From Candidatus Bathyarchaeia archaeon (GTDB taxonomy: Archaea; Thermoproteota; Bathyarchaeia; Bathyarchaeales; Bathycorpusculaceae): 64,000 bases of DNA. Made by a program: the position numbers and the translations under genes. The stretch covers positions 96,001 to 160,000 of the forward strand of contig JBEKBM010000001.1 in NCBI GenBank assembly GCA_050015395.1, in the 5' to 3' direction. A model generated the notes under the pieces. It did no database searches, was not told the origin of the DNA, and saw nothing but the letters and a program-made list of their open reading frames with translations. Within the stretch, counting starts at the first letter, position 1. Every line of letters starts with the position of its first letter. This document shows, one piece after another, positions 30,500 to 40,402 of this stretch.

Positions 30500-32812
30500 T
30501 CAAGTTTGCGTTTGATTGTAATTGCTTAAGATTTTGAAGATGTCGTACCTATCGTTTGAATAAATTAGTTCTAAAAATGAGCAGCTGGCCATATTACTAT
30601 TAAGTTGGTTTTTGTCATAAACGATGAATTCTATGTTATTTTCTGCGATGTAGTCCTTAAAGTCTAAGGTGGATACTGTAAATTGGCCGGGTTTGAAATT
30701 GAAGAGGTTTTCCAGTTCGTTTGGCTGCAATGTTGGAAAACTGTTTTTTGAAAGGGTGAGAACTTGATACTGCCGTGTAACTGTCTGGTTGATGTTGAGT
30801 TCGTTGAATTGGTATTGGAATCTCACAGCATCTATTTGTCTACTTGCCAAGGCACCGATGTTTCCCCAATTGGGCAAATCAGTAAAGTTAAAAGCGAAAG
30901 CAATCTGGTCTTTGTCATCATAGAGGCCTATGTAGTTATCTTTTAAGTCTAAGTTTGAAAAATTAACAACTGCCCATTGTGTTCCATCAGTAGTTTTTGA
31001 AGGCACATCCCATGGGTTAACCCAGTTCATAAGTTGAGGTATCTGCGCTTCATCAAAGTTAAATTGAAGGTCAAAATAAGTGCTTAAGTATAATGTTACA
31101 TTAGAAATATCGTTATTTAAGGGAGTGACAGCCCAAGAGACATTAATTGGGTAACTATCATTCTGAACAAGCATCGTATCCGTTAATTCCACATAGTCAT
31201 TGGAGTACAGGAACTCTACCTTTGCGGGGTAACTTTGTTCATCAAAAGATACCTCCCTGCTTAAGTCAGAGAGAGCAAAATTGTAATTTGTGCCATTTTG
31301 GGTGAATGATATGAAATCTCCAGCTGTAGAAGAGTAGGAAACTCGATACCAGACCTGATTTATGGGTACGTAATTTTCGTCGGTAATATCACCGTTCGCC
31401 TCGTAAGCCTTCACCAAAGTTTGTGAACCCTGAATTTCGTAAGACAGACTCAAAACGGACTGGGCAATTTCATTTGTTCCCTCGGCAGCGTTGGTTTGCG
31501 CAATTACGGTTTTGCCAGAAAAGATTGAAAACCAAAAGCCGGGAATTTGGGTAACAACTACAGTTGCGTCACCAGGATAGTTTTGATTAAGCCAAACTCC
31601 AGCATCATACGCTTTTATGTCAGATGTCGAGTAGAAAACGCTGGCTTCCATTATTTTCCCGTACACAGTGTCTGAACGAAAAACAATTAGCAGACACATT
31701 AATACAATTAAAGAGACAGTAGCTATCTTTAACCAATTTTTGCGCAATCCTTGTTTGTTTTTGGCGTAGTAGGCTGAGAACTTTTCCACTATAAAGACAA
31801 CGGAAACAGCCGCGAAAATTGCCATCGGGGGCGTCAAATAGTAAATGAACCATTGAAAAGGCATGTACAAACCAAAAAGGTAAGACTCAGCGAAAAAAAG
31901 AGGAACAAAGAAACTAAGAAGCAATATCAAGTAAAAAAGCGGCTTCTTATTTACCCTCAACAACAGGTAATATGCAATGAAAATGCCACTTAAAGCCAAG
32001 AAAAATATGAACCCGAAATTAACCATGAAAGAACTGAAACTTGCAAATGGAATCTCGTAAGCATAACTTGTTTGCGCAAAAAACACGACATTAATAAGAA
32101 TGCCAAAGTAACCAATCATCACCGGGAGGTAATAGAGCAAAAACGCTATTCCTCCTCCTAAAATTAATGCAGTTAATACTTTAAGGTATTTGCCTCTAGA
32201 CTTTATAAGCATAAAAAGCATTATTGGCGGCAATATCATGACCGCGAGAAATGCAGCTAGTTGATGAGATAAAACAAGACCAAACCCCACAAAGAAAGTG
32301 ACCAGAAGGTATCCGGGTTTCTCTACTGCCAAAGGCAAATAAAGAAGTACCAAAAAAATAAACACTATGCCAAGCACGGTGGTATAGCCGCCCCATGCAT
32401 TAAGTTCATACATAGGAAAGCACATTGACAACAAAACAGCGGCTACTGCCCCGATTTTTTTGTTAAAAAATTTGCTGCCGATCAAATAAACAGAGAGGAA
32501 AAGGAGCCAATCAACTATTACAGCTAGAGCTTTCACTAAAAAGATCAGTTGCCCAATATTACTTGCACCACTAAGAGAAATAAACATCGCAAGCAAAATG
32601 TCGAAGAGCGGAGGCATCCAGCTTAAGCCGCTTAAAGAGATTTTTCCCGTTTGCAGGAAGATTTGGGCTTTTTCCAGATGGACAGAAGGGTCGTTTCCCA
32701 AGACTACGCCGTTCATTGATATGAGGGTATAGAAAATAGCGAAAATTAACACTGAGAAAACAATGATAAAGGTGATTTCAAGTTCTCTCTCTCTTATCAA
32801 TTTACCCATCAA
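30500..32812 (-). CDS. Multi-pass membrane protein, GT-C-fold glycosyltransferase-like, with a large extracellular domain
   Basis: GNDPSVH after TM1, WMPPLF, WGGY, about 12 TM segments and a C-terminal domain rich in sequons. Confidence 0.7.
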   Translation of the reverse strand: MMGKLIRERELEITFIIVFSVLIFAIFYTLISMNGVVLGNDPSVHLEKAQIFLQTGKISLSGLSWMPPLFDILLAMFISLSGASNIGQLIFLVKALAVIVDWLLFLSVYLIGSKFFNKKIGAVAAVLLSMCFPMYELNAWGGYTTVLGIVFIFLVLLYLPLAVEKPGYLLVTFFVGFGLVLSHQLAAFLAVMILPPIMLFMLIKSRGKYLKVLTALILGGGIAFLLYYLPVMIGYFGILINVVFFAQTSYAYEIPFASFSSFMVNFGFIFFLALSGIFIAYYLLLRVNKKPLFYLILLLSFFVPLFFAESYLFGLYMPFQWFIYYLTPPMAIFAAVSVVFIVEKFSAYYAKNKQGLRKNWLKIATVSLIVLMCLLIVFRSDTVYGKIMEASVFYSTSDIKAYDAGVWLNQNYPGDATVVVTQIPGFWFSIFSGKTVIAQTNAAEGTNEIAQSVLSLSYEIQGSQTLVKAYEANGDITDENYVPINQVWYRVSYSSTAGDFISFTQNGTNYNFALSDLSREVSFDEQSYPAKVEFLYSNDYVELTDTMLVQNDSYPINVSWAVTPLNNDISNVTLYLSTYFDLQFNFDEAQIPQLMNWVNPWDVPSKTTDGTQWAVVNFSNLDLKDNYIGLYDDKDQIAFAFNFTDLPNWGNIGALASRQIDAVRFQYQFNELNINQTVTRQYQVLTLSKNSFPTLQPNELENLFNFKPGQFTVSTLDFKDYIAENNIEFIVYDKNQLNSNMASCSFLELIYSNDRYDIFKILSNYNQTQT

Positions 32813-32837
32813 GGCGTCCAGTTATCTCCCGACTAGA

Positions 32838-35132
32838 TTAGCCATTAGCTTTAACCTTAAAGATGGCAACTTCATTGTTAATAAATACAAGGTTAAATGC
32901 GGGATCGTCAGCAAATTTGGGGTTTAATTCAAAATCGCGATTTGCAATGTAGGAAATTGAATATTCTTGTATAGCTGCTTGGTAATCGAACGTGGTCATA
33001 GGCAAAGCGACAGTTGGTTTTTGGGCGGTTTGAACATTATCGGTTAACGTTTGGTTGAGGCTTGCTTGGTTTTGTATTTCAGTTTCGGAAACTGGGTAGA
33101 TTCCAACTAAAATTTGAATTTCTGCCGTAGTTTTGCCTTGTAAATTGTAGGATAATTCTGTAATGCATGGATTTTCTGAATTAAATGAGTAAATTTCTGG
33201 CTGATTTTCAACAAAAATTAATTGGCCACACTCCTTCATGCCAACGTCTAACATTGCAACCGTATTTTCACTTGGTTGTAGAAATTCGCCTTGGGAGTTT
33301 AAAATGAAATTAATCCAATCCAAGGAATCATTCTGATTGTTACTCTGGATTGCTATGGTCATATTTGCGAAGGTGACTCCTTTTGAGACGGTTAAAATTT
33401 CTGAGTAATTGAAGTCGCTGTTTCCTTTGTTAACGATAATTGATGGATTATTAGTTTGCGCGCCGACAAGTTGCATGTTAGTTACAGGTATCTGTGTTAT
33501 GTCAGTGGATTGAACAGATTCACCATTCTGAGAAAGCAGAGTAATCTCGCTATCATTAAATTGAAAGAACGCGTAGGGGAAAGGGGTCCAGTTAAGGTCA
33601 GCTAAAAACTCGGGATTATGTCTACCAATGTATCCGCCGTCTTCCCTAACCTGAATGTAACCATTATCAATAATGTAATCCGTGTCAAGTAGATTAGCAG
33701 CAACTGTGGCTACTGGCAACTCTTGGTCGACCGTTAAATATTGTGGGGAAACCGCGCTTAAAGTTGGCCGCTGAGCAAAGCCGCCAAGCCACCACCCGTA
33801 AAGAGCATCGGAAACAAACACTGAGCCAACTGTCGTGTTTTGCTTAGCCCACTCTACTGCTTGGTAGCCAGGATTATTCATAACTTGGTAGAAACTTTGA
33901 ATCGTGACGCCTTCCCAAGGAGTCAGAAAAAGTGGAAAGCCTAAGAGTAAGATAAGCAAAAAGCCCAATAAAAAGGTAGAATAAACTGTTTTATGGGTTA
34001 TCCGAGTTAAGATTCTCGATCTTAGCTTGTTTACGGTCTTCTTTGTTTTCTGCATTTGGCTAGTTAAAGCACGGTAGGTATCTATTACATGCGCAAAGTA
34101 TCCTGAGGCGTGATCAATCATCACAGCGAAGAGTATTATGACTGGTAAAACTAAGAAGTATAGAAACCGATTATAATCCACATAAAGCCCAAACATGAAG
34201 CCCTGTGTTAACACTAAAGGAACTAAAAGCCACATGATAAGAAGAAACACTGGAAGCGACAAAAATCGTCCTTTGTATTTTTTCGATAACAAAAAATACG
34301 GCAAAAGACAAGCAAAAAGCGCTAACACTATATCAAGAGGAACCACTCGCGTTGCAAGCAATGCTTGGTTAATTTCGGTAACTTCGGTAAATGATGAGTT
34401 AGCACTTAAATATGCGGGCACTGCATTTGCTAGAAAAGGCGAAACAAGGATGGCTCCGCCAAATAGTGGTAGCAACCAATAGAGGACATTTTTTCTTGAT
34501 GTTCCGAACGTTTTAGGTGAGATCATTACACATAGCACAGTGCCCACTGTTATGCTAACGAAAACGGCGGCGCTTAAAGAGTGAGTTAAAAATATTGAGC
34601 CCACTAAAATAGAGGTTGATAAGAGAAAAGGCGTTAGCGAAAACCTGTCTCTTTGAAGAAACAGGTAGAAAGTTAAAGGAATCAGAAGTAATGTGATTAC
34701 GTTGGGGTAGCCTCCCCACATGAGCATTTCTATATCATAACTTGAGATTGCCACTAAAAACGCAACGATTAAAGCGGCTGATTCACTCCATACAGTTCGA
34801 GTTATCAAGTAAGCGCACAAAACAATAAGTGAAGAGAATAAAGCCACAATAATAGTCTGCGCCAGATAATCGGGCATTCCAGTCATAATTATTATTCCTG
34901 CTGCGAAAATGTGGTATCCTGGAAAAGTCAAGGACAAGCCTCCACCCATCTGGTAGAAATCCGATAGGAAATTTGTGTTGCCTGACTGTGTAATTGAGTT
35001 GATGATGCTGGCGTGTAAGCCGATATCAGCGCCTGGCGGGAATGTTTGCCAAAGCATTAGAATTATACGGTAAATAAACGAGAAAGCGAAAATCAGCAAT
35101 AGCAAGACATACTTTTTGGTTGCTTTGAACAT
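32838..35132 (-). CDS. Paralogous GT-C-like membrane protein
   Basis: PPGADIGLH, FPGYH, WGGYPN and RFLYF. Same architecture as the neighbouring gene. Confidence 0.7.
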   Translation of the reverse strand: MFKATKKYVLLLLIFAFSFIYRIILMLWQTFPPGADIGLHASIINSITQSGNTNFLSDFYQMGGGLSLTFPGYHIFAAGIIIMTGMPDYLAQTIIVALFSSLIVLCAYLITRTVWSESAALIVAFLVAISSYDIEMLMWGGYPNVITLLLIPLTFYLFLQRDRFSLTPFLLSTSILVGSIFLTHSLSAAVFVSITVGTVLCVMISPKTFGTSRKNVLYWLLPLFGGAILVSPFLANAVPAYLSANSSFTEVTEINQALLATRVVPLDIVLALFACLLPYFLLSKKYKGRFLSLPVFLLIMWLLVPLVLTQGFMFGLYVDYNRFLYFLVLPVIILFAVMIDHASGYFAHVIDTYRALTSQMQKTKKTVNKLRSRILTRITHKTVYSTFLLGFLLILLLGFPLFLTPWEGVTIQSFYQVMNNPGYQAVEWAKQNTTVGSVFVSDALYGWWLGGFAQRPTLSAVSPQYLTVDQELPVATVAANLLDTDYIIDNGYIQVREDGGYIGRHNPEFLADLNWTPFPYAFFQFNDSEITLLSQNGESVQSTDITQIPVTNMQLVGAQTNNPSIIVNKGNSDFNYSEILTVSKGVTFANMTIAIQSNNQNDSLDWINFILNSQGEFLQPSENTVAMLDVGMKECGQLIFVENQPEIYSFNSENPCITELSYNLQGKTTAEIQILVGIYPVSETEIQNQASLNQTLTDNVQTAQKPTVALPMTTFDYQAAIQEYSISYIANRDFELNPKFADDPAFNLVFINNEVAIFKVKANG

Positions 35133-35249
35133 TTATCCCCCGCCTTTCTGTAGTTATCCTTTCGCATTTGATGAAATTATTAGTCAAGCTTAAATATGAA
35201 ATTCGAGTATAAAAAGCCCAGAGTAATAAAAAGGAAAAAAGGTGTTTAA

Positions 35250-35678
35250 ATGTCATGGCTTAAATCTATGATGGAAAAAGAGCCTCCAGAACCAGAGAAT
35301 CCATTGGGGATAATCGTAATAGGCAACATTGAACCAGATATGCATGACACCGCAAAAGAAGCAGTTAGAAGGTCACTAAAACGCGCAGGATTCAAAACAA
35401 TAGACGTTGGAAAAAGCGTAGCACCGCAAGTTTTCGTTGATAAAGCAAGAGAAAACAACGCGGACATAATTGCAATTTCAGTAAACACGGTACCTGCAAA
35501 AAATAATCTGGCAAAACTAGATGAAGCATTGAAGGCAGCCGGATTAAAAGGCAAAATCGGAATAATCATGGGCGGCGCTGCAGTCAAAAAAGAAGATGCT
35601 GACGCATTAGGCGCGCTGTTTGGTAAGAACAAGGAAGAGGCCCCCGAGTTAGCAAAGAAAGCTATGGGCAAGAAATAA
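35250..35678 (+). CDS. Stand-alone cobalamin-binding (corrinoid) protein lacking the cap domain
   Basis: DMHDTAK (DxHxxG variant), IDVGKSV, ADIIAIS and IIMGGA. Confidence 0.85.
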   Translation: MSWLKSMMEKEPPEPENPLGIIVIGNIEPDMHDTAKEAVRRSLKRAGFKTIDVGKSVAPQVFVDKARENNADIIAISVNTVPAKNNLAKLDEALKAAGLKGKIGIIMGGAAVKKEDADALGALFGKNKEEAPELAKKAMGKK

Positions 35679-35697
35679 ATCCATCAGATGAGGAAAA

Positions 35698-36609
35698 ATG
35701 TCCTTTAAATTCAACACGAAACAAAATATCTACACTATAGGAAGAGCGAAAGTAGGCGGTCAGCCAGGGGAACTACCAACTTTTCTGATTGGTTCTATCT
35801 TTTGGCTAGGCCAGAAAATGGTTCAAGACGCAAACAAAGGCATTTTTGATGCGCAAGAGGCAGAAAAAATAATTAATACAATGCAAACTCAAAGTGACAT
35901 TACTGGTGTACAATTCGCTTTTGACATTGTTGGGACAACTGAGCTAGCTTTTGAGAAGTACATTGACTTCGTATCGAAGCACAGTGATGCACCACTGATG
36001 CTCGATGCTATGAGCCCTAAGACACGTATGGCAGCAGCTGTAATGGCTAAAAAAATGGGTCTTTCAGACAGATGCATATACAACTCAGTGTACAAAGGCG
36101 TCACCGACGCTGAATTGGCGAATTTGAAGGAAAGCGGAGTCAAAATGTCCATAGTGCTTGCTGACAATCCAAAGGACAACAGCCTCGAAGGAAAGATGTC
36201 TGTTATAGAAGAAGCATTAGCATTAGCTGACAAAGGTGGAATCACAAAGCCTCTGATCGACACAGCAATTCCCGCATTCGCTCCAGACATGGGCACTGCT
36301 GTAAGGACCATACCCATAATGAAAGAGAAGTATGGTCACCCCGTAGGATTAGGCAGCGGAAACGTTGTCACAACCATGGGTTGGATTAAAGCGAACATTG
36401 CAAAAGAATTCAGAAAAGGATGCGTAACCGCCACCAACTCGATAATGCAAACAGCAGGCGCAAACTGGCTAATGATCGGACCCGCAGAACAAGCAGAATG
36501 GGTATTCCCAGCCGTTGCAGTAACTGACATATACATTGCATCAGCCGCAGCCGATCTTGAAACAAGACCACTAGAAGAAACCCACCCAATCTACAAGGCC
36601 TTCATGTAA
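35698..36609 (+). CDS. mtrH: MtrH/MtgA-like pterin:corrinoid methyltransferase
   Basis: Motifs VGGQPGELPT.LIGSIF, IYNS, PLIDT, KEKYGHPVGLGSGN and GANWLMIGP. Confidence 0.88.
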   Translation: MSFKFNTKQNIYTIGRAKVGGQPGELPTFLIGSIFWLGQKMVQDANKGIFDAQEAEKIINTMQTQSDITGVQFAFDIVGTTELAFEKYIDFVSKHSDAPLMLDAMSPKTRMAAAVMAKKMGLSDRCIYNSVYKGVTDAELANLKESGVKMSIVLADNPKDNSLEGKMSVIEEALALADKGGITKPLIDTAIPAFAPDMGTAVRTIPIMKEKYGHPVGLGSGNVVTTMGWIKANIAKEFRKGCVTATNSIMQTAGANWLMIGPAEQAEWVFPAVAVTDIYIASAAADLETRPLEETHPIYKAFM

Positions 36610-36611
36610 AA

Positions 36612-36630
36612 CTCCTTCCTTTATTTTTTA
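36612..36630 (+). terminator. U-rich terminator after mtrH
   Basis: ctccttcctttatttttta directly after the stop codon. Confidence 0.5.
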
Positions 36631-36740
36631 TTGTTAAATTTTTGAAGTGTTAAAAACTGAAACCAGTTAGATGGCTTGAAATTATCGTTGGTTTTACAGT
36701 TTTAACCTTACTAGTAACTTATCTTATACCAAGCAACTCA

Positions 36741-37049
36741 TTGCTTGCCGTTTTTCGTTACGTTTTCGGTTTTGTTTTTGTCGCATTTTTGCCGGGGTAC
36801 TGTTTAGTTAATATTTTGTTTATGAATAGAAACAAGCTTGATTTCGTAGAAGAATTAGTGTTGTCGGTTGCGTTAAGCTTTGGCTTAGATGGGCTTGTAG
36901 GCTTATTCTTAGGTCTCTCACCTATCGGGATTAACTTCACTTCAATAACAATTTCGCTTAGTGCAGTAGTGTTAATTTTTGCTGTAATTGTTTTTATAAG
37001 AAGGTTAAGAGAGCTTCACGTGCAAACTCATCAAGAAGTAAGCGCCTGA
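36741..37049 (+). CDS. DUF1616-like small membrane protein
   Basis: FLPGY...LF...LDFVEELVLSVALS pattern with three TM segments. Confidence 0.75.
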   Translation: MLAVFRYVFGFVFVAFLPGYCLVNILFMNRNKLDFVEELVLSVALSFGLDGLVGLFLGLSPIGINFTSITISLSAVVLIFAVIVFIRRLRELHVQTHQEVSA

Positions 37050-37326
37050 GGTTTTACGGCGGAGATTCCGAAAGTTAAAAGCAGAAGTTTTTTCAGTTTC
37101 TGTGTTCCTTTTCAAGCAACAGTTCCAAGAAAAAAAGTAAATGTTAACACGAAGTTACCACATACATCCAACCTGTTTCTGTAGCTCCCACAACACAATT
37201 GGAAACTTATTGTTTCAACATTTTTCCATCTCAAACCCTCTTAACCCCTGTTTTCTCTACCAACTAAGAAAACAATATATTGTATCCAAACGTAGAAATC
37301 CACCTGCAGAAGGGGAACACATCAAC

Positions 37327-38712
37327 ATGAAAATTACGCTAGTTAATCCTCCTTATCCGCCAAGCGTACACTCACATCCACCATTCATTCCGCTGGGCAT
37401 TGCATATTTAGGTGCAGTTGCAGAAAAAGCAGGCCATGATGTCACAGTCGTCGACTGCCAAGCAGAAAAACTCACCTACGATGCCTTCCGCAGACGAATC
37501 AGCCAAGTCCCATCAGACGTTATCGGCGTAACAGCCACAACCTTGCTTTATAAATCTGCAATGCAGTTAATCAACATAGCCAAAGAAGTTCACCCAAATG
37601 CAGTAACGATGCTTGGCGGTTCACACGGCACCTTCTGGGACGAAAATGCCCTCAACGAATACTCAAGCTTAGATATAGTCGTGCGCAGGGAAGGCGAAAC
37701 AACCTTCATAGAACTCCTCGACAAGCTCCGAACAGAAAACAGCTTCGACGAAGTTTTAGGCATTACTTTTCGCAACAAAGAAGGCAAAATCAGCCGGAAC
37801 CCAGACAGACCCTTCCTTGAAGACTTGGATGCTCTGCCTTTTCCAGCACACCATCTTCTGCCGCTTGACTCACTAAAACGAATGGGCAAAGTGCTTTTCC
37901 CCCTAATCACAAGCCGAGGCTGCGTTTACTGGTGTGACTTCTGCAGCACCGTCCGCATGTTCGGCAGAGGATACCGCATGCGCAGCCCCAAAAACGTCGT
38001 TGACGAAATGGAAATTATCCACAACAAGTATGGTGTAAACCAAGTCACATTTTATGACGACGCCTTCACAGTCAACCGAGAACGAGTCGTGAAAATCTGT
38101 GAAGAACTCCACCAGAGAAAACTGAAGTTAATCTGGGACTGCGGAACACGCGTAGACATGGTAGATCGCGAACTCCTCAAAACCATGCAGGACGCAGGTT
38201 GCATAGCCGTTTGGCTAGGAGTAGAATCAGGCTCCGAAGCCATCCTAACCGCCATGAATAAACGTATAAAGTTGGACCAGACACGCTTAGCATACAAAAC
38301 CGCACATGACATTGGGTTAATGACTATAGCCAACACCGTACTGGGTTTCCCAGGCGAAACAGAGCAGACCGCACGAAAAACCATAAACTTCGTCAAAGAA
38401 TTGAATCCTGATGATGTGGGCTTCTACGTCGCAACACCTTATCCCGGCACGCCAATGTACGATCAAGTCATCAAGAACGGATGGTTAAGAGTCACTGATT
38501 TCAACAAATACGACACCGCCACACCAACCTTTGAAACGCCATGGCTTAGCATCGAGAAACTAGCAGAAATCCGCTACAAAGCTTACCAAGAATTTTACTT
38601 ACGCCCAGGCTACGTTCTGAAGATGATGCGCAGAGGCGGAACCTACGGCATCTCAGCCGTGAAAACATCAGCTGCCTACGCATTAAGAGCCATGCACATC
38701 AAACTCTCGTAG
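37327..38712 (+). CDS. Cobalamin-dependent (class B) radical SAM enzyme
   Basis: Start reassigned to MKITLVNPP. Motifs PLGIAYL, GGSH, TSRGCVYWCDFC, YDDAF, GVESG and TPYPGT. Confidence 0.92.
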   Translation: MKITLVNPPYPPSVHSHPPFIPLGIAYLGAVAEKAGHDVTVVDCQAEKLTYDAFRRRISQVPSDVIGVTATTLLYKSAMQLINIAKEVHPNAVTMLGGSHGTFWDENALNEYSSLDIVVRREGETTFIELLDKLRTENSFDEVLGITFRNKEGKISRNPDRPFLEDLDALPFPAHHLLPLDSLKRMGKVLFPLITSRGCVYWCDFCSTVRMFGRGYRMRSPKNVVDEMEIIHNKYGVNQVTFYDDAFTVNRERVVKICEELHQRKLKLIWDCGTRVDMVDRELLKTMQDAGCIAVWLGVESGSEAILTAMNKRIKLDQTRLAYKTAHDIGLMTIANTVLGFPGETEQTARKTINFVKELNPDDVGFYVATPYPGTPMYDQVIKNGWLRVTDFNKYDTATPTFETPWLSIEKLAEIRYKAYQEFYLRPGYVLKMMRRGGTYGISAVKTSAAYALRAMHIKLS

Positions 38713-39051
38713 CTCCGCCTCCATTATTTTATTTAAGTAAAATTTGGTGCTTTTTGTTGACGAATTTTGCCACAAATAGTAGGGTAGGTCTATCGGTAGG
38801 CAGTTTTAGGCAGGACTCGTTTTGGGTTGCTTTTAGTGTTCAGGGCTTGAAATGTTTGCTGGTTAAGTGTCTTGGATGTCTTTTTCCGTTTTTTTACTTT
38901 TCGGGCTTTCCCGAATACGTGTGACCTTCTGGGGCTGCGTCCAACTGTCGCCGCCTCTAAAAAGTTAAGTATAAGGTAAAAGCAAGAACACATATACCCT
39001 GAGAACCGCTTTTTCTATTAGTGACAGAAGAAAAAGGAGGATGTACCGCTT

Positions 39052-39315
39052 TTGGCGAAAACCGTGAATCTAGCCATCGATGCCCCAAAAATCGTTACTC
39101 AGATTGCCGAGCGATACGACTTGAATTTGCCCTCAAAAATAGTGATGTTTCACTACGATGATTCGGCAGATATTCTTTACGTACATTTTGAGTACCCCGC
39201 AAAAAGTGTTGACAGCAAAATCGTAGACAAATACGGTGAAATCGTTTTAGGGCTCAACAGCAAGAGGAAAATAGTTAACCTGACAATAATAAACGCAGCA
39301 ATATACAAAGGGTAG
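39052..39315 (+). CDS. DUF2283 family putative antitoxin
   Basis: YDDSADILYVHF...EIVLGLNSKRKIVNLTIIN. Confidence 0.75.
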   Translation: MAKTVNLAIDAPKIVTQIAERYDLNLPSKIVMFHYDDSADILYVHFEYPAKSVDSKIVDKYGEIVLGLNSKRKIVNLTIINAAIYKG

Positions 39316-39392
39316 GAATAGCAAAAAATAAGTAACCTTTCATCGTTAGTAGCAGCCAAGCGTTAGATAGAATCCTCCTTATAGCCGCAGCC

Positions 39393-39674
39393 TCATTTTT
39401 TTCTTAAGACGTGAGCATGATAAACAAAGACATGAGTATCAAACACTCGTATCTTAATTAGAATTGTTAGAGGTTTTATGCCGATGGTATCGTTGGTGTA
39501 AATCAGGAAACGAGATTGATCAGACTTATCAGGGATCCATTCATTGTATCGGATTTGGCTTTCAACCCATTCCCTGCTGGCAAAGCTTCTATGTTTTGCA
39601 ATCCATGTTCTGACCTGAGGACCTAATTCTATTTGTCCAGTGAAGATTCGTTTTTTCGGCTGGAAGAAAGCCAT
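39393..39674 (-). CDS. Small basic protein, possible BrnT/DUF4258-like RNase toxin
   Basis: 93 aa. IAKH helix pair followed by a beta-meander ending VFVYHAH. Adjacent to the DUF2283 gene. Confidence 0.5.
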   Translation of the reverse strand: MAFFQPKKRIFTGQIELGPQVRTWIAKHRSFASREWVESQIRYNEWIPDKSDQSRFLIYTNDTIGIKPLTILIKIRVFDTHVFVYHAHVLRKK

Positions 39675-39803
39675 GTGGTTCTTTTTGTGGGTTTCTAGTA
39701 TTTATCACTTAATTGTTTTGGAATATTCCAAAAAACTTATACCTTAAAAGCTCCTTTAATAATGCTATACGGTTAAGTACTGTTGATTTAAACCAAGGGT
39801 TAG

Positions 39804-40364
39804 ATGCAAGTTATGCAGGAATTAACTAGAAACAGAAGAGGGGTCGAATCAGACAAAGCCTTACTAGATGTCATAAAAGATTACCCTGGGCTTTCTCAGT
39901 ACGAACTCACAAAGAAGCTTAATTGGCAAAGCGGACGGGTTGATGGTGCCATTAGAAGACTATTCAACCAGAACCAGATCGTAATCAAGAGCATTGAGAG
40001 GACTGGTAGACGGGTGAATCTTATTTACCCAAAAGACACCAAACCCCCCGACATAATTGAAGTACCAGAAAATCTATTCCAATTTGAAAATGGGCAATGG
40101 CTCGACTGCGCATTTGTCTATGCACTAGACAGCACCACGATTGGAATAGCAGGCTGCGAAATACCAGAATGGAAAGAGTTCGCCTCCTTTACGGTAGAAA
40201 TTCCAATAAAAAGACAAGAAGGAAAAATAGTTTTGCAGATTCCAGAGAAATTCAGCGGCTTTTATGGCATCGGCAGAAGGCACATAGCTGTTTCTGTCAA
40301 TGGAAACGCTGTTCTAATAACAATCTCAGGAAACATCGTTGAAGAAAAGAAATATCCTGCCTGA
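39804..40364 (+). CDS. Winged-helix regulator with an AbrB-like C-terminal region
   Basis: wHTH YPGLSQYELTKKLNWQSGRVDGAIRRL. GKIVLQIPEKFSGFYGI...VSVNGNAVLITI resembles a swapped-hairpin domain. Confidence 0.7.
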   Translation: MQVMQELTRNRRGVESDKALLDVIKDYPGLSQYELTKKLNWQSGRVDGAIRRLFNQNQIVIKSIERTGRRVNLIYPKDTKPPDIIEVPENLFQFENGQWLDCAFVYALDSTTIGIAGCEIPEWKEFASFTVEIPIKRQEGKIVLQIPEKFSGFYGIGRRHIAVSVNGNAVLITISGNIVEEKKYPA

Positions 40365-40402
40365 TTAAACAAAGCACAAAAATTAATAAGAAGTGTGGGA
40401 TG

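Noticed and set aside
28909-30500. RiPP precursor peptide beside the SPASM enzyme
   Set aside because: No convincing short ORF or PqqD/RRE partner. The enzyme looks NirJ/Ahb-like.
30500-35132. AglB oligosaccharyltransferases
   Set aside because: Neither protein has the WWDYG motif.
35698-36609. Methanogen Mtr complex / evidence of methanogenesis
   Set aside because: Only mtrH is present, with no mtrA-G or mcr. Stand-alone MtrH homologs are common in non-methanogens.
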